From NCBI RefSeq assembly GCF_046119375.1, contig NW_027362761.1, positions 425,878,001 through 425,942,000 of the forward strand: a stretch of 64,000 bases of DNA. Direction: 5' to 3'. Position 1 is the first letter of the stretch; each line of letters begins with the position of its first letter. This stretch comes from Phyllobates terribilis. Its lineage: Eukaryota. Below, piece after piece: positions 1-10,942 of this stretch. The notes below the pieces were generated by a model, which made no database searches, was not told the origin of the DNA, and saw only the letters and a program-made list of their open reading frames with translations. The translations under genes and the position numbers were made by a program.

Positions 1-1415
1 CCAGCGCTACTCCTCCCCGTGGGCGTATTTACCCTTTGTCCGCTGCTGAGACCCGGTCCATGTCTGAATATATTGAGGAGAATCTGGCCCGGGGATTTAT
101 CCGGAAATCGACCTCCCCGGCGGGAGCAGGCTTCTTCTTCGTCAAAAAGAAGGACTGCTCACTCCGTCCCTGTATAGACTATAGAGGCCTTAACCAGATC
201 ACGGTGAAGAATAAATACCCCCTTCCGCTCATCCCTGAATTATTTGACCGTCTGAGGGGGGCTAGAATCTTCACCAAGCTGGACCTCCGTGGGGCGTATA
301 ACCTGGTCCGTATCCGTCAGAGGTATGAATGGAAGACGGCATTCAACACCCGGGACGGCCACTATGAATATCTTGTAATGCCCTTCGGTCTCTGTAACGC
401 TCCCGCCGTCTTTCAAGAGTTGGTCAATGACATCTTCCGGGACCTTCTCTACTCCTGTGTAGTGGTGTACCTGGACGACATCTTGGTCTTCTCTCTGGAT
501 CTTCTCACTCACCGGAGGGATGTTCATCAGGTCCTGCTCAGGCTCAGGCAGAACCACCTCTACGCTAAATATGAGAAGTGCCTCTTTGAGCAGACCTCGC
601 TTCCGTTTTTGGGCTACATAATCTCTCAGACCGGCCTACGAATGGATCCTGAGAAACTGTCTGCCATCCAGAAGTGGCCCCGACCAGAGGGGTTGAAGGC
701 TATTCAGTGGTTCCTGGGCTTCGCCAACTACTACCGCCTCTTCATACCGCACTTCTCTTCCCGGACTGCCCCAATCTCTGCGCTCACCTGTAAGGGCACT
801 AATCCCAGAGAATGGCCGCCCGAAGCAGAGGAAGCCTTTCTTTCCTTAAAACAGGCTCTCTCTTCCGCCCCGGTGCTGCATCGTCCGGACGGCAACAAAC
901 AATTCTTCCTGGAAGTGGACGCCTCCTCCTCTGGAGCCGGAGCGGTACTTACCCAAAAGTCGTCTTCCGGAAGAATGGTAACTTGCGGCTTCTTCTCCAA
1001 ACTCTTCTCTCCTTCTGAGCGCAATTATTCTATAGGAGACCGAGAGTTATTGGCCATTAAGCTGGCACTGGAGGAGTATCGTTACCTGCTCGAGGGGGCT
1101 CTTCACCCGGTAATTATTTACACGGACCACAAGAACTTGGCTTACCTCCAGAGCGCCCAGAGACTTAACCCGCGCCAAGCCCGGTGGTCCTTGTTTTTTG
1201 CCCGCTTTGATTTCGTTCTTCATTTTCGCCCGGCAGACAAAAACATCAAAGCTGACGCCTTGTCCCGATCCTTCCTGGTGTCTGATCTAGAGGAGGAGCC
1301 TAAGCACATCATTGATCCCGCCAGAGTAATGCAGGTGGCCCCCGTGAATCTAAATAGTCTCCCTCCCGGTAAGACGTTCGTAACAGTACCTGATCGGAAG
1401 AAGGTCCTACACTGA
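1..1415 (+). pseudogene. Gypsy pol: reverse transcriptase + RNase H, ending at a premature TGA (expected Trp) inside the integrase zinc-finger region
   Basis: RPCIDYRGLN, KLDLRGAY, MPFGLCNAP and YLDD RT motifs; DASSSGAGAVL, ELLAI and TDHKNL RNase H motifs; frame continues GHSSKLAGHAGQKKT after TGA 1413-1415. Confidence 0.93.
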
Positions 1416-2701
1416 GGTCACTCGTCTAAGCTAGCTGGCCACGCCGGTCAGAAAAAGACCCTCCAGCTTATTGCCCGGCATTACTGGTGGCCTACCCTGC
1501 ACAAGGACGTAATAGACTTTGTTTCAGCCTGTGTGTCCTGCGCCCGCAACAAGGTTCCGAGACACCTGCCAGCCGGTCGCCTCCTTCCTCTTCCAGTACC
1601 TGCTGCCCCGTGGCAGCATATAGCTATGGACTTTATAACGGACTTCCCTGTCTCTGCCGGTTGTACGGTCATTTGGGTGGTCGCTGACCGCTTTTCCAAG
1701 ATGGCTCACTTCATTCCCCTGCCGGGTCTCCCGTCTGCACCCGAGCTGGCTAAAGACTTTATCCGCCACATCTTCCGTCTCCATGGTCTGCCCCTCCACA
1801 TCGTGTCGGATCGTGGGGTTCAGTTCACCTCACGCTTCTGGAGAGCCACATGTAAGCTGCTTAACGTCACCCTGGACTTCTCCTCCGCTTACCACCCACA
1901 GTCCAATGGTCAAGTGGAGCGGATCAATCAAATCCTGACCAGTTACCTCCGGCACTTCGTTAATGCCCACCATTCGGACTGGGTGGATCTCCTACCATGG
2001 GCCGAGTTCTCTTACAATAATCACGAGAGCGAATCTTCCTCCAAATCCCCGTTTTTTGTAGTCTTCGGTCAGCATCCTCGGATCCCATTTCCTGTCTCCA
2101 CCTCTGTGGACAATCGGCTGCGGAATCTCTCGTTAGCGAATTCTCCTCCATTTGGGAGAGTACCCGATCCGCACTCCTTCAGTCGTCCGAGCGGATGAAA
2201 AAACATGCTGACAAAAAACGCCTGGATCCTCCACAATTCCGTCCTGGAGATAAAGTCTGGCTCTCGTCCAAGTATGTCCGGCTCAAGATTCCTTCCTACA
2301 AGTTAGGGCCTCGGTTCATCGGCCCACTGGAAGTTATCAAACAAATCAATCCTGTAGCCTATAAATTGAAACTCCCGGCCAACTTGCGGATCCCTAACTC
2401 CTTCCATGTATCTCTCCTCAAACCCGTGGTACTTAACTCTTTTTCCAAGTCTACAGGTACGCCTCCGGCTCCGGTTTCCGCTGAAAACGAGTTTGAGGTA
2501 GAGAACATTCTGGCCACCAAAAGGGTAAGAGGAAAGACCTTTTTTCTAGTAGATTGGAAGGGGTTTGGTCCTGAGGAGAGAACGTGGGAGCCCCGGGAGA
2601 ACATCCATGCCCCTCTCATCCTTGATAAATTTCTGTCTGGCCTAAAAAAGGGGGGCCTAAAGGGGGGGTACTGTAGCGTCGGCGTCCCTGCCTCCTGCTA
2701 G
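1416..2701 (+). pseudogene. Gypsy integrase (HHCC, DDE, GPF) + chromodomain, frameshifted near 2100-2195
   Basis: CVSCARNK, HIAMDF, VSDRGVQF, QVERINQ; then LGPRFIGP, FHVSLLKP and chromodomain EFEVENIL...FLVDWKGFGPEERTWEP in a different frame. Confidence 0.92.
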
Positions 2702-3764
2702 GCAGGGACGCTGTTCCCCTCACCTCTCCGCTCCGTGCCCGGCATCTTCCTCCCGCTCTGCTGGCAGCGCGCGCTGCTTCCCGGCCACTGTGCTTAGGGC
2801 GCACGCGCGCTTCCCCTCTCTTAAAGGGGCCGCGCGCGCCATCCTAAGGGGTCCCCGGCCAATGGCCGGAGGACCTCACCATATATAAGGCACCTCCTCC
2901 AAAATGGAGGTGCCCGAGCAATGCTGTTGCATAGCCTATCACTCTGCTTCAGCCCTCAGGTCCCGTTACCTGTCAGATTCCTGCTTGATACCTGCCTGAT
3001 ACTTGTCTATCTACTTGCATTCCTGCGGTCCGACAGTCTGCCTACCAGCCCTGCCAGTCTGTCTATGGATCTGATTGCCCGCTCACCTGGGAGCGCTCAT
3101 CTGCTACCTGCCTGCTAGCCTACCTGGAGGCTCTGCCGTCACGTGCTGTGACCACCTGCCTGTCCAGAGACTCTTACCCGCTCACCTGGGAGCGTCCATC
3201 TGCTACCTGCCTGCTAGCCTACCTGGAGGCTCTGCTGTCACGTGCTGTGACCACCTGCCTGTCCAGAGACTCTTGCCCGCTCACCTTGGAGCGTCCACCT
3301 GCTACTTGCCTGCTAGTCTACCTGGAGGCTTAGCCATCACTTGCTGTGACCACCTGCCTGTCCAGAGACTCTTGCCCGCTCACCTGGGAGAGTCTACCTG
3401 CTACCCGCCTGCTAGCCTATCTGGAGGCTTAGCCGTCACTTGCCGTGACCACCCGCCTGTCAAGAGACTGTCCCCGTCACTTGCCGTGACCTCCTGCCCT
3501 TCTACCCAGAGACTGTCCCCGTCACTTGCCGTGACCTCCTGCCCTTCTACCCAGAGACTGTCCCCGTCACTTGCCGTGACCTCCTGCCCTTCTACCCAGA
3601 GACTGTCCCCGTCACTTGCCGTGACCTCCTGCCCTTCTACCCATAGACTCTCCCCGTCACTTGCCGTGACTACCTGCCCGCCTACCCTGGGAGCCACCCG
3701 CTTCCTTACAAGGACTGCCCCTTTGTATCGTTGCTCAGAGGTTCCACCTCCCAGACCCGTTACA
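2672..3764 (+). repeat. 3' LTR (~1093 bp) of the Gypsy element
   Basis: TG...CA termini, follows the PPT; CCAAT at 2859-2863 and TATATAA at 2882-2888. Confidence 0.85.
3075..3690 (+). repeat. Tandem repeats inside the LTR: ~4 x 99 bp then ~4.5 x 45 bp
   Basis: GCTCACC at 3081, 3180, 3279 and 3378; the 45-bp unit TCCCCGTCACTTGCCGTGACCTCCTGCCCTTCTACCCAGAGACTG shares sequence with the 99-bp unit. Confidence 0.95.
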
Positions 3765-3765
3765 C

Positions 3766-4376
3766 TGTTACACAAGGTGAGGGAAAGACTAAGTGCACAA
3801 CGACGGGAAGAGGGGTAGGAAGCCCAAACCCTAGGGAAAGGGGGATTGGAGATCCCTAGGCAGATCTGACAGTCACCCTGACTCCCCTAACATCCCTAAA
3901 TAGGCTCTGCACCTATCACCAAGCAGGAAACCTAATTCCTGACTGCCCCTAGCGATAGGCCCTAGGTAGGGAGGGGACTGGATGAGCACTAGTCAGTCCT
4001 CACTGCAACTAAAGACAAACAGGTAAACAGACAAGGGAAACACTTAGCTTGAGAAGACACCAGAGAGATCATGCCAACTATCCTCCAAGTGAACTCCAAG
4101 AAGACACAAGCCGACTACAAGGACTTCAAGCCTGAACAGAGGAAAATAGAGCTATTACCGGCGACTCTCTGGAGAGACTGAAGGTATTTAAACATCCAGC
4201 AAGGGTGTGTCAATTAGCAGCAGAAGGTGGAGGTCACTGCTAGGTCCTAGAGGGAGAAAGATAACACTACACTACAGAGATGAAAAGGTCAAGAAGGTGC
4301 TTGCAGAGCCAAGCGCAATGGCCTTCTACAGCTGGATCCAGAACGACTGTCTGTCACACCTGACACACCCGTGACA
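3766..4376 (-). mobile_element. Probable solo LTR of a second Gypsy family, opposite orientation
   Basis: TGTTAC...GTGACA termini, LTR-like size (~610 bp) and composition; no matching TSD (left ACAC, right ACTC); orientation is tentative. Confidence 0.55.
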
Positions 4377-5429
4377 ACTCCTGGAACACACTATTAGCAG
4401 AAAGAATTTAGATTCTGAAATATGGACTCCTGGCTGGAACACACAATTAGAACAAACAATTTAGATGCTGGAAGGTCGATTTGACATAGGATCCTATCTA
4501 TCTGAACTAGCTGACTAGAGATGAGCGTTGTTCTACTCGAACTGTTCGCCAATCTCAAATTCGAGCTGTTTTGGGCGGTGTTCGAGCCGTTCGGCGAACA
4601 CGAACAATTTGAGAAAAATTCGGCAGTTCGAGGTTATGTTCGATAACTGTTCGTGCACCAAAATCATAACTGGATTTTTTCTCAGTAATGATGAAAATTA
4701 ATGTTAATACGCAGTTTGAGTGTACAGCGGGGTGGGGGGAGGGGCAGGGGATGGATCTCTGCAGGAACAATGAAGATCTCCATTTTTTTTTCTCTTTCCC
4801 GCATTTGCAGTGGGGAGGTGCAATCTGTCAGCCTATCAGCAGCGCACACACGGAGCGAAGTGCTTTTTTTCACACAAGCAAGGGCATGTGTCATTGGCAG
4901 TGTATGTCACATGTCCTTGCCCTATAAGACCAAGCCATTTTCCCCGTCGCCACCATATTCTCACTGCTGCAGCTGCGTGTTAGACGGCACCGCTGTTGCT
5001 GTGTGCGCTATACCTTGTTAATTTCAAGCCAATTTTCGCACAAATGTACAGATAGCTTGGGAGTAGGGAATAGTTGTGATTGCAGTCCTTTTAAGGACTA
5101 GGTTACAGCATTTCCTACGACTTTTATCAGGCAGGTCTGTGCTCTTAAATAGATAGATTGTGGGAGTAAAGACTAATTGTAATTGGAGTCCTTTTCAGGA
5201 CTAGGTTACATCAGTTCCTATCAGTTTTTGCCAGGCAGGTCTGTGCCAGTGCTGTGCAAGTTTTTTTCACAGCATTTGGCTGAATCTAGCAAAGCTAATC
5301 CTTTTTGGCCTATTGCAGAGTGTGTTAGTCAGTGGAGTAGCCTATCTGTGTTGCAAGATATACCACCTGTGTATAGAATACCAATTTTTTTACTGCACCC
5401 AGTGAAGTAAAATCTTTTGGGCATAGCAT

Positions 5430-6795
5430 CATTCTATTAGTCCATCTATACTGACCTCCATCAGGTTGCAAATTGAATATAATTTTTTTCTGCATCTAGC
5501 TCTGAAAAAATATTGGGCTTCTAGCTGTGTGTGGGACTTGTTCTATTAATCCATCTATACAGACCTCCATCAGGTTGCAAACTGAATATATTTTTTTCTG
5601 CATCTACATCTGAAAAAATATTGGGCTTCTAGCTGTGTGTGGGACTTGTTCTATTAATCCATCTATACAGACCTCCATCAGATTGCAAACTGAATATATT
5701 TTTTTCTGCATCTACCTCTGAAAAAATATTGGGCTTCTAGCTGTGTGTGGGACTTGTTCTATTAATCCATCTATACAGACCTCCATCAGGTTGCAAACTG
5801 AATATATTTTTTTCTGCATCTACCTCTGAAAAAATATTGGGCTTCTAGCTGTGTGTGGGACTTGTTGTATTAGTCCATCTATACTGACCTCCATCAGGTT
5901 GCAAACTGAATATATTTTTTTCTGCATATACCTCTGAAAAAATATTGGGCTTCTAGCTGTGTGTGGGACTTGTTGTATTAGTCCATCTATACTGACCTCC
6001 ATCAGGTTGCAAACTGAATATATTTTTTTCTGCATCTACCTCTGAAAAAATATTGGGCTTCTAGCTGTGTGTGGGACTTGTTCTATTAATCCATCTATAC
6101 AGACCTCCATCAGGTTGCAAACTGAATATATTTTTTTCTGCATCTACCTCTGAAAAAATATTGGGCTTCTAGCTGTGTGTGGGACTTGTTCTATTAATCC
6201 ATCTATACAGACCTACATCAGGTTGCAAACTGAATATATTTTTTCTGCATCTACCTCTGAAAAAATATTGGGCTTCTAGCTGTGTGTGGGACTTGTTGTA
6301 TTAGTCCATCTATACTGACCTCCATCAGGTTGCAAACTGAATATATTTTTTTCTGCATCTACCTCTGAAAAAATATTGGGCTTCTAGCTGTGTGTCGGAC
6401 TTGTTGTATTAGTCCATCTATACTGACCTCCATCAGGTTGCAAACTGAATATATTTTTTTCTGCATCTACCTCTGAAAAAATATTGGGCTTCTAGCTGTG
6501 TGTGGGACTTGTTCTATTAATCTATCTATACAGACCTCCATCAGGTTGCAAACTGAATATATTTTTTTCTGCATCTACCTCTGAAAAAATATTGGGCTTC
6601 TAGCTGTGTGTGGGACTTGTTGTATTAGTCCATCTATACTGACCTCCATCAGGTTGCAAACTGAATATATTTTTTTCTGCATCTACCTCTGAAAAAATAT
6701 TGGGCTTCTAGCTGTGTGTGGGACTTGTTCTATTAATCCATCTATACAGACCTCCATCAGGTTGCAAATTGAATATAATTTTTTTCTGCATCTAA
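5430..6795 (+). repeat. 108-bp tandem array (~13 copies) inside the hAT 5' arm, ending ~120 bp upstream of the transposase ATG
   Basis: CCATCTATA (TCTATCTATA variant in one copy) recurs every ~108 bp from 5442 to 6738; two variant unit types. Confidence 0.97.
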
Positions 6796-6914
6796 CCCAG
6801 CCTAATACCAGTTTTGGCCTAATACCACAGTTTGGCCACTCAGCTCTGCTCAGTTCCCATCCATTGTTTTTTTGTGCAAACAACTCCAGAGTTGTGAATT
6901 AGTTAACCACCAAA

Positions 6915-9900
6915 ATGAGTGGAAAAAGGCCTGCTGCTGGTGGAAAGGGGAATAGGCGTGTTGGGAAGGGGAAAAAAGGTTGTGTCCGTGGGGTAGGTGT
7001 TAAAGCAACAGTAACATCTGCAGAAGAAAGACCATCTTCCAGCCAAACTAAAATGTCTACTTCTTTTAGCGGACAATGTAATAAGATCCCTTTCTTACGG
7101 CCACGCCAATCGCTACAAATTCCAGATGAGGCACAAAAACAGCAGGTGCTTCAACGGATATCAAGTGCTCCTTTAAGTGGGCTCTCCTCCACATCAACTT
7201 CAACATCACAAATACTCCAGTCCTCAAAGGTGTCACCCCAATCGCACTTGCTTCCTCACAGCTCCCAAATCTCCAGCTGCCCGTCTGAGTATGAGGTAGA
7301 ACAGATGGATGAGTCTGCAGAGCTGTTTACTCATACTATAGCCTGGGAATCAGAGGTCGACTCCAGCGCTTCTGTGAATCCAGACGAGGAAATGATCTGC
7401 ACTGATGCCCAGAATCTTTATGAGTCGGATCCAGGACCAGACGCAGAAGGTTCTGACCATAATGTAGACCCTCATTCCCAAATTGTAACTCCTGTTGGTG
7501 GAGACAATGAGGAAGACGATGATAAGACTCAAATACCTGATTGGAGCGACAACTTTAGTTTTTTGTCAGGGCAGGAACAGGTTGGCTCTGAGGACGACGG
7601 GTGTGATAACGCACAGGGTGATGATGATGAGGTTGGAGATCCCACTTACTGTCAACCCACAGTCAGCCAAGAGATGAGGTCAGCAGAGGAGGTGGAGGAA
7701 GATGCTAGTGACGACGAGGTCAGGTTGCGCCTTCCTGGACAGAGACGTAGTACTGGAAGCACGTCAATAACTGCATCCTCAAACACAACTCTGCCTCTCA
7801 CCACAAGTCGTGGTGGCTCTTCAGGTCGCATGGGTGCTAAGCCTTGCATAGCCTGGGCATTTTTTCAGATCGATAAAGATGACCCAACTCGTGTTATCTG
7901 TAACATTTGTCAGCAAAAGCTAAGTAGAGGCCAAAAAATACATAGTTTGAGTACTTCATGCATGAACCGGCACATGGACATGAAGCATAAGTTGCAGTGG
8001 GAAGCTCAGTGTGCTACAATGCGGCCTAGCCGGCCGGGCCAACCACCGTCTGCCATATCTTGTGCATCCGCGGCCTCTTCATCCTCTGTGACTGGGGGGA
8101 CAGCAGTCACACCTGTTTTGGGGCGCAGACCTGCCACCTCTTTACCCGCAACAGCCAGCGTGATTGGCAGGTCATCATTTTCTTTGGAGGTGGTAACACC
8201 AGCTGGTGTTGAGCGCTGTCCGACATCGATAGCACCACCTTTGGATCAAGGCAACCTAACATGTCCGCCTGCATCTTCCTCACAGACCGGCAGTTTGCCG
8301 GGGACACCCTTATCAACCCCGTCTAAGCACAATAGCCAGCCCTCGGTCCCTCAGATGTGGACAAGTAAAAGACCATTTCCTCCTAGCCATGAGAAAGCTA
8401 AGAGGTTGAATTTCACCATCTGCAAGTTCTTGGCTACAGAAATGCTGCCTTTCCGCCTGGTGGACACAGAGGATTTTCGAGACCTTATGTCCGTCGCAGT
8501 GCCCCAGTACCAGATGCCCAGTCGGCACTACTTCTCAAAGAAAGGTGTGCCTGCGCTCCACCAGCATGTCGCACACAACATCACCGCTTCTTTGAGAAAC
8601 TCTGTGTGTGACAGGGTGCATTTCACCACAGACACTTGGACGAGTAGGCATGGACAGGGGCGTTACATGTCGCTGACTGGGCACTGGGTAACTATGGTGA
8701 CAGCAGGACAAGGGGCTGCTGTCCAAGTCTTGCCGTCCCCACGAGTTGAGCGTCAATCCTCTTTATCTCAAAGTTCCTCCACTGCTTCTGCCTCCTCAAC
8801 CTCCTCTCGGTCCTCCACCTGCACCCAAAGCCTGTCTGGTCATGCCACAAGCTTTCTAACTGCACAGAAGGGATCCTGCACACCTCCTTACTATGCTGGC
8901 AGTAGGGCTCAACGTCATCAGGCGGTTTTTACATTGAAATGTCTGGGAAATGTGAGTGACACAGCTGAGGAGTTGTGGTCAGCTCTGGAGAACCAATTTC
9001 ATGAATGGTTGTCTCCACTGGACCTGAAACCAGGGAAGGCCGTGTGCGACAATGCTGCAAACCTGGGTGCGGCCCTTCGCCGGGGCAATGTCACACACGT
9101 GCCTTGTATGGCTCACGTGTTGAACCTGGTTGTCCAGCAATTTTTAGCCCACTATCCCAGACTAGATGGCCTTCTGCAGAGGGCACGGTCGCTGTGTGCT
9201 CACTTCCGCCATTCGCATCCCGCAGCTCAGCGACTTACATCTCTACAGAAGTCGTTGGGCCTGCCACTTCACCGGCTAAAATGCGATGTGCCTACCCGGT
9301 GGAATTCAACTCTGCACATGTTGCAGCGATTGTGGCAGCACCGACAAGCCCTGGTGCAATACGTTCTGACGTATAGCCTGGGCCAACGAGATTCAGAGGT
9401 GGGGAAAATCACGCTGGAGGAGTGGTCTCAGATCAGGGACCTATGCACCCTTCTGCACAGTTTTGAAATGGCGACGAAGATGTTTAGTGCTGACGATGCC
9501 ATTATCAGCATGACTATTCCGGTGATTTACATGCTGGAGCACATGTTAAACAGAATTCGGAGTCAGGTGGTGGCACAAGAGGAGGTGGAGGAAGTAGAGG
9601 AGGAGGAGTTGTATGCGGAAGGGCTAACATCTGCAAGGTCCAGACGGTCAGCAGCACCAAGGCGGCAGGCATGTGAGGGTGGGGGAGATGGTTTTACCAG
9701 GGCGCATGGTAGCAGCCAAACTAGTGAGGAAGGTGCAGGAGCCCAGGAAGAAGTGGAGGACGAACTGATGGAAGACTCATCAGATGAGGGAGACCTTGAT
9801 CACATTTCTGTTGTGCGAGGTTGGGGGGAGAGGACAGAGGAAGGAAGCATGATTGTTACCTCGCCACCAACACAACAGGGACTTGGTGCTCCTGGATGCG

Positions 9901-10616
9901 TAACACACATGAGTGCCTTCTTGCTGCACTACCTGCAACATGACCCTCGAATTGTGAGAATTAGAAATAATCCTAACTACTGGGTTGCCACACTGTTAGA
10001 TCCCCGGTACAAAAGTAAATTTGCAGAAATTATTCCTGCCATAGAAAGGGATGCACGCATGCAGGAGTATCAGCAGAGACTGTTGCAGAATCTTACATGT
10101 GCTTTTCCACAAAATACCAGTGGTGCACGTAGTGAATCTCACAGTTCCAACTTGCCAACCGTGGGACCGTCAAGTGTTCAGCACTCAAACCGTAACAGAA
10201 CCACAGTATCTGCTGGTAACATCAATTTTGCGGAATCATTTCACCACTTTTTTAGCCCATCCTTTGCAAGGCCACAGGAGACAAGAAGTCTGACACATAG
10301 TCAACGCCTAGAGACGATGGTACAGGAGTATCTCCAAGTAAACATTGAAGCCACGACTGTGTCACTGGACCCTTGCTCTTTTTGGGCTTCCAATCTGGAT
10401 AAATGGCCGGAGCTAGCCACTTACGCCTTGGAGATCTTGTCATGCCCCGCAGCCAGCGTTCTGTCTGAACGTGTGTTCAGCGCTGCTGGTGGTGTACTGA
10501 CAGATAAGCGCACGCGGCTCTCCACTGATAATGTAGACAGACTCACGTTCATAAAGATGAACAAATCATGGATCCGAAATGACTTTTCTACCCCTGTGTC
10601 ATCCTGGGGAGAGTAA
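6915..10616 (+). CDS. hAT transposase, 1233 aa, uninterrupted (BED zinc finger, DDE RNase H-like core, C-terminal dimerisation domain; ZBED1/4/6-like)
   Basis: BED AWAFF...CNIC...HMDMKH; TTDTW (D, 8631), VCDNAAN (D, 9048), CMAHVLNL (CxxH), TRWNST, ATLLDPRYK, SERVFS (E, 10467); single open frame from ATG to TAA. Confidence 0.95.
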   Translation: MSGKRPAAGGKGNRRVGKGKKGCVRGVGVKATVTSAEERPSSSQTKMSTSFSGQCNKIPFLRPRQSLQIPDEAQKQQVLQRISSAPLSGLSSTSTSTSQILQSSKVSPQSHLLPHSSQISSCPSEYEVEQMDESAELFTHTIAWESEVDSSASVNPDEEMICTDAQNLYESDPGPDAEGSDHNVDPHSQIVTPVGGDNEEDDDKTQIPDWSDNFSFLSGQEQVGSEDDGCDNAQGDDDEVGDPTYCQPTVSQEMRSAEEVEEDASDDEVRLRLPGQRRSTGSTSITASSNTTLPLTTSRGGSSGRMGAKPCIAWAFFQIDKDDPTRVICNICQQKLSRGQKIHSLSTSCMNRHMDMKHKLQWEAQCATMRPSRPGQPPSAISCASAASSSSVTGGTAVTPVLGRRPATSLPATASVIGRSSFSLEVVTPAGVERCPTSIAPPLDQGNLTCPPASSSQTGSLPGTPLSTPSKHNSQPSVPQMWTSKRPFPPSHEKAKRLNFTICKFLATEMLPFRLVDTEDFRDLMSVAVPQYQMPSRHYFSKKGVPALHQHVAHNITASLRNSVCDRVHFTTDTWTSRHGQGRYMSLTGHWVTMVTAGQGAAVQVLPSPRVERQSSLSQSSSTASASSTSSRSSTCTQSLSGHATSFLTAQKGSCTPPYYAGSRAQRHQAVFTLKCLGNVSDTAEELWSALENQFHEWLSPLDLKPGKAVCDNAANLGAALRRGNVTHVPCMAHVLNLVVQQFLAHYPRLDGLLQRARSLCAHFRHSHPAAQRLTSLQKSLGLPLHRLKCDVPTRWNSTLHMLQRLWQHRQALVQYVLTYSLGQRDSEVGKITLEEWSQIRDLCTLLHSFEMATKMFSADDAIISMTIPVIYMLEHMLNRIRSQVVAQEEVEEVEEEELYAEGLTSARSRRSAAPRRQACEGGGDGFTRAHGSSQTSEEGAGAQEEVEDELMEDSSDEGDLDHISVVRGWGERTEEGSMIVTSPPTQQGLGAPGCVTHMSAFLLHYLQHDPRIVRIRNNPNYWVATLLDPRYKSKFAEIIPAIERDARMQEYQQRLLQNLTCAFPQNTSGARSESHSSNLPTVGPSSVQHSNRNRTTVSAGNINFAESFHHFFSPSFARPQETRSLTHSQRLETMVQEYLQVNIEATTVSLDPCSFWASNLDKWPELATYALEILSCPAASVLSERVFSAAGGVLTDKRTRLSTDNVDRLTFIKMNKSWIRNDFSTPVSSWGE

Positions 10617-10825
10617 AAGCTTGATGATTGGTTAAAATCACCCTACCAACCGTTTTAAGCTTTCAAATTACTAATCATGTTTATCTGTATCTTGGCTGGA
10701 AAATAATTTGGGCTTGGTAGCAGTTTGCAGCACTGATCCTATTAGGCCATCTATACTAAAGCTTCACCAGATTTAAAATTAATAATAATTTTTAGCTGCA
10801 TCTAGCCCGGAAAATAATTTTGGGG

Positions 10826-10942
10826 CTCCGAGATGCGCAAGACACATAAGTGCCTTCTTGCTGCACTACCTGCAGCATGACCCTCATATTGTCAGAATTC
10901 GAAGTAATCATGACTACTGGGTTGCCACACTCTTAGATCCCC
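10826..10942 (+). pseudogene. Fragment of a second hAT transposase (region equivalent to 9895-10003)
   Basis: LLHYLQHDPHIVRIRSNHDYWVATLLDP; sequence variants match the 29682-30905 copy. Confidence 0.9.

Larger units (their letters stand above)
1..3764 (+). mobile_element. Ty3/Gypsy LTR retrotransposon (chromovirus-type), 3' part, defective; continues beyond left edge
   Basis: pol domains in order RT, RNase H, integrase, chromodomain; polypurine tract at 2644-2668 immediately before TGTAGC at 2672; LTR ends ...CGTTACA at 3764. Confidence 0.95.

Noticed and set aside
5430-6795. CRISPR-like appearance of regular arrays (also 27074-27792)
   Set aside because: Units are contiguous with no unique spacers, there are no cas genes, and the DNA is vertebrate.
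6915-10616. Domesticated ZBED gene (ZBED1/4/6 orthologue)
   Set aside because: TIRs, a perfect TSD and a close paralogous copy 20 kb away indicate a transposon, so no gene symbol is given.
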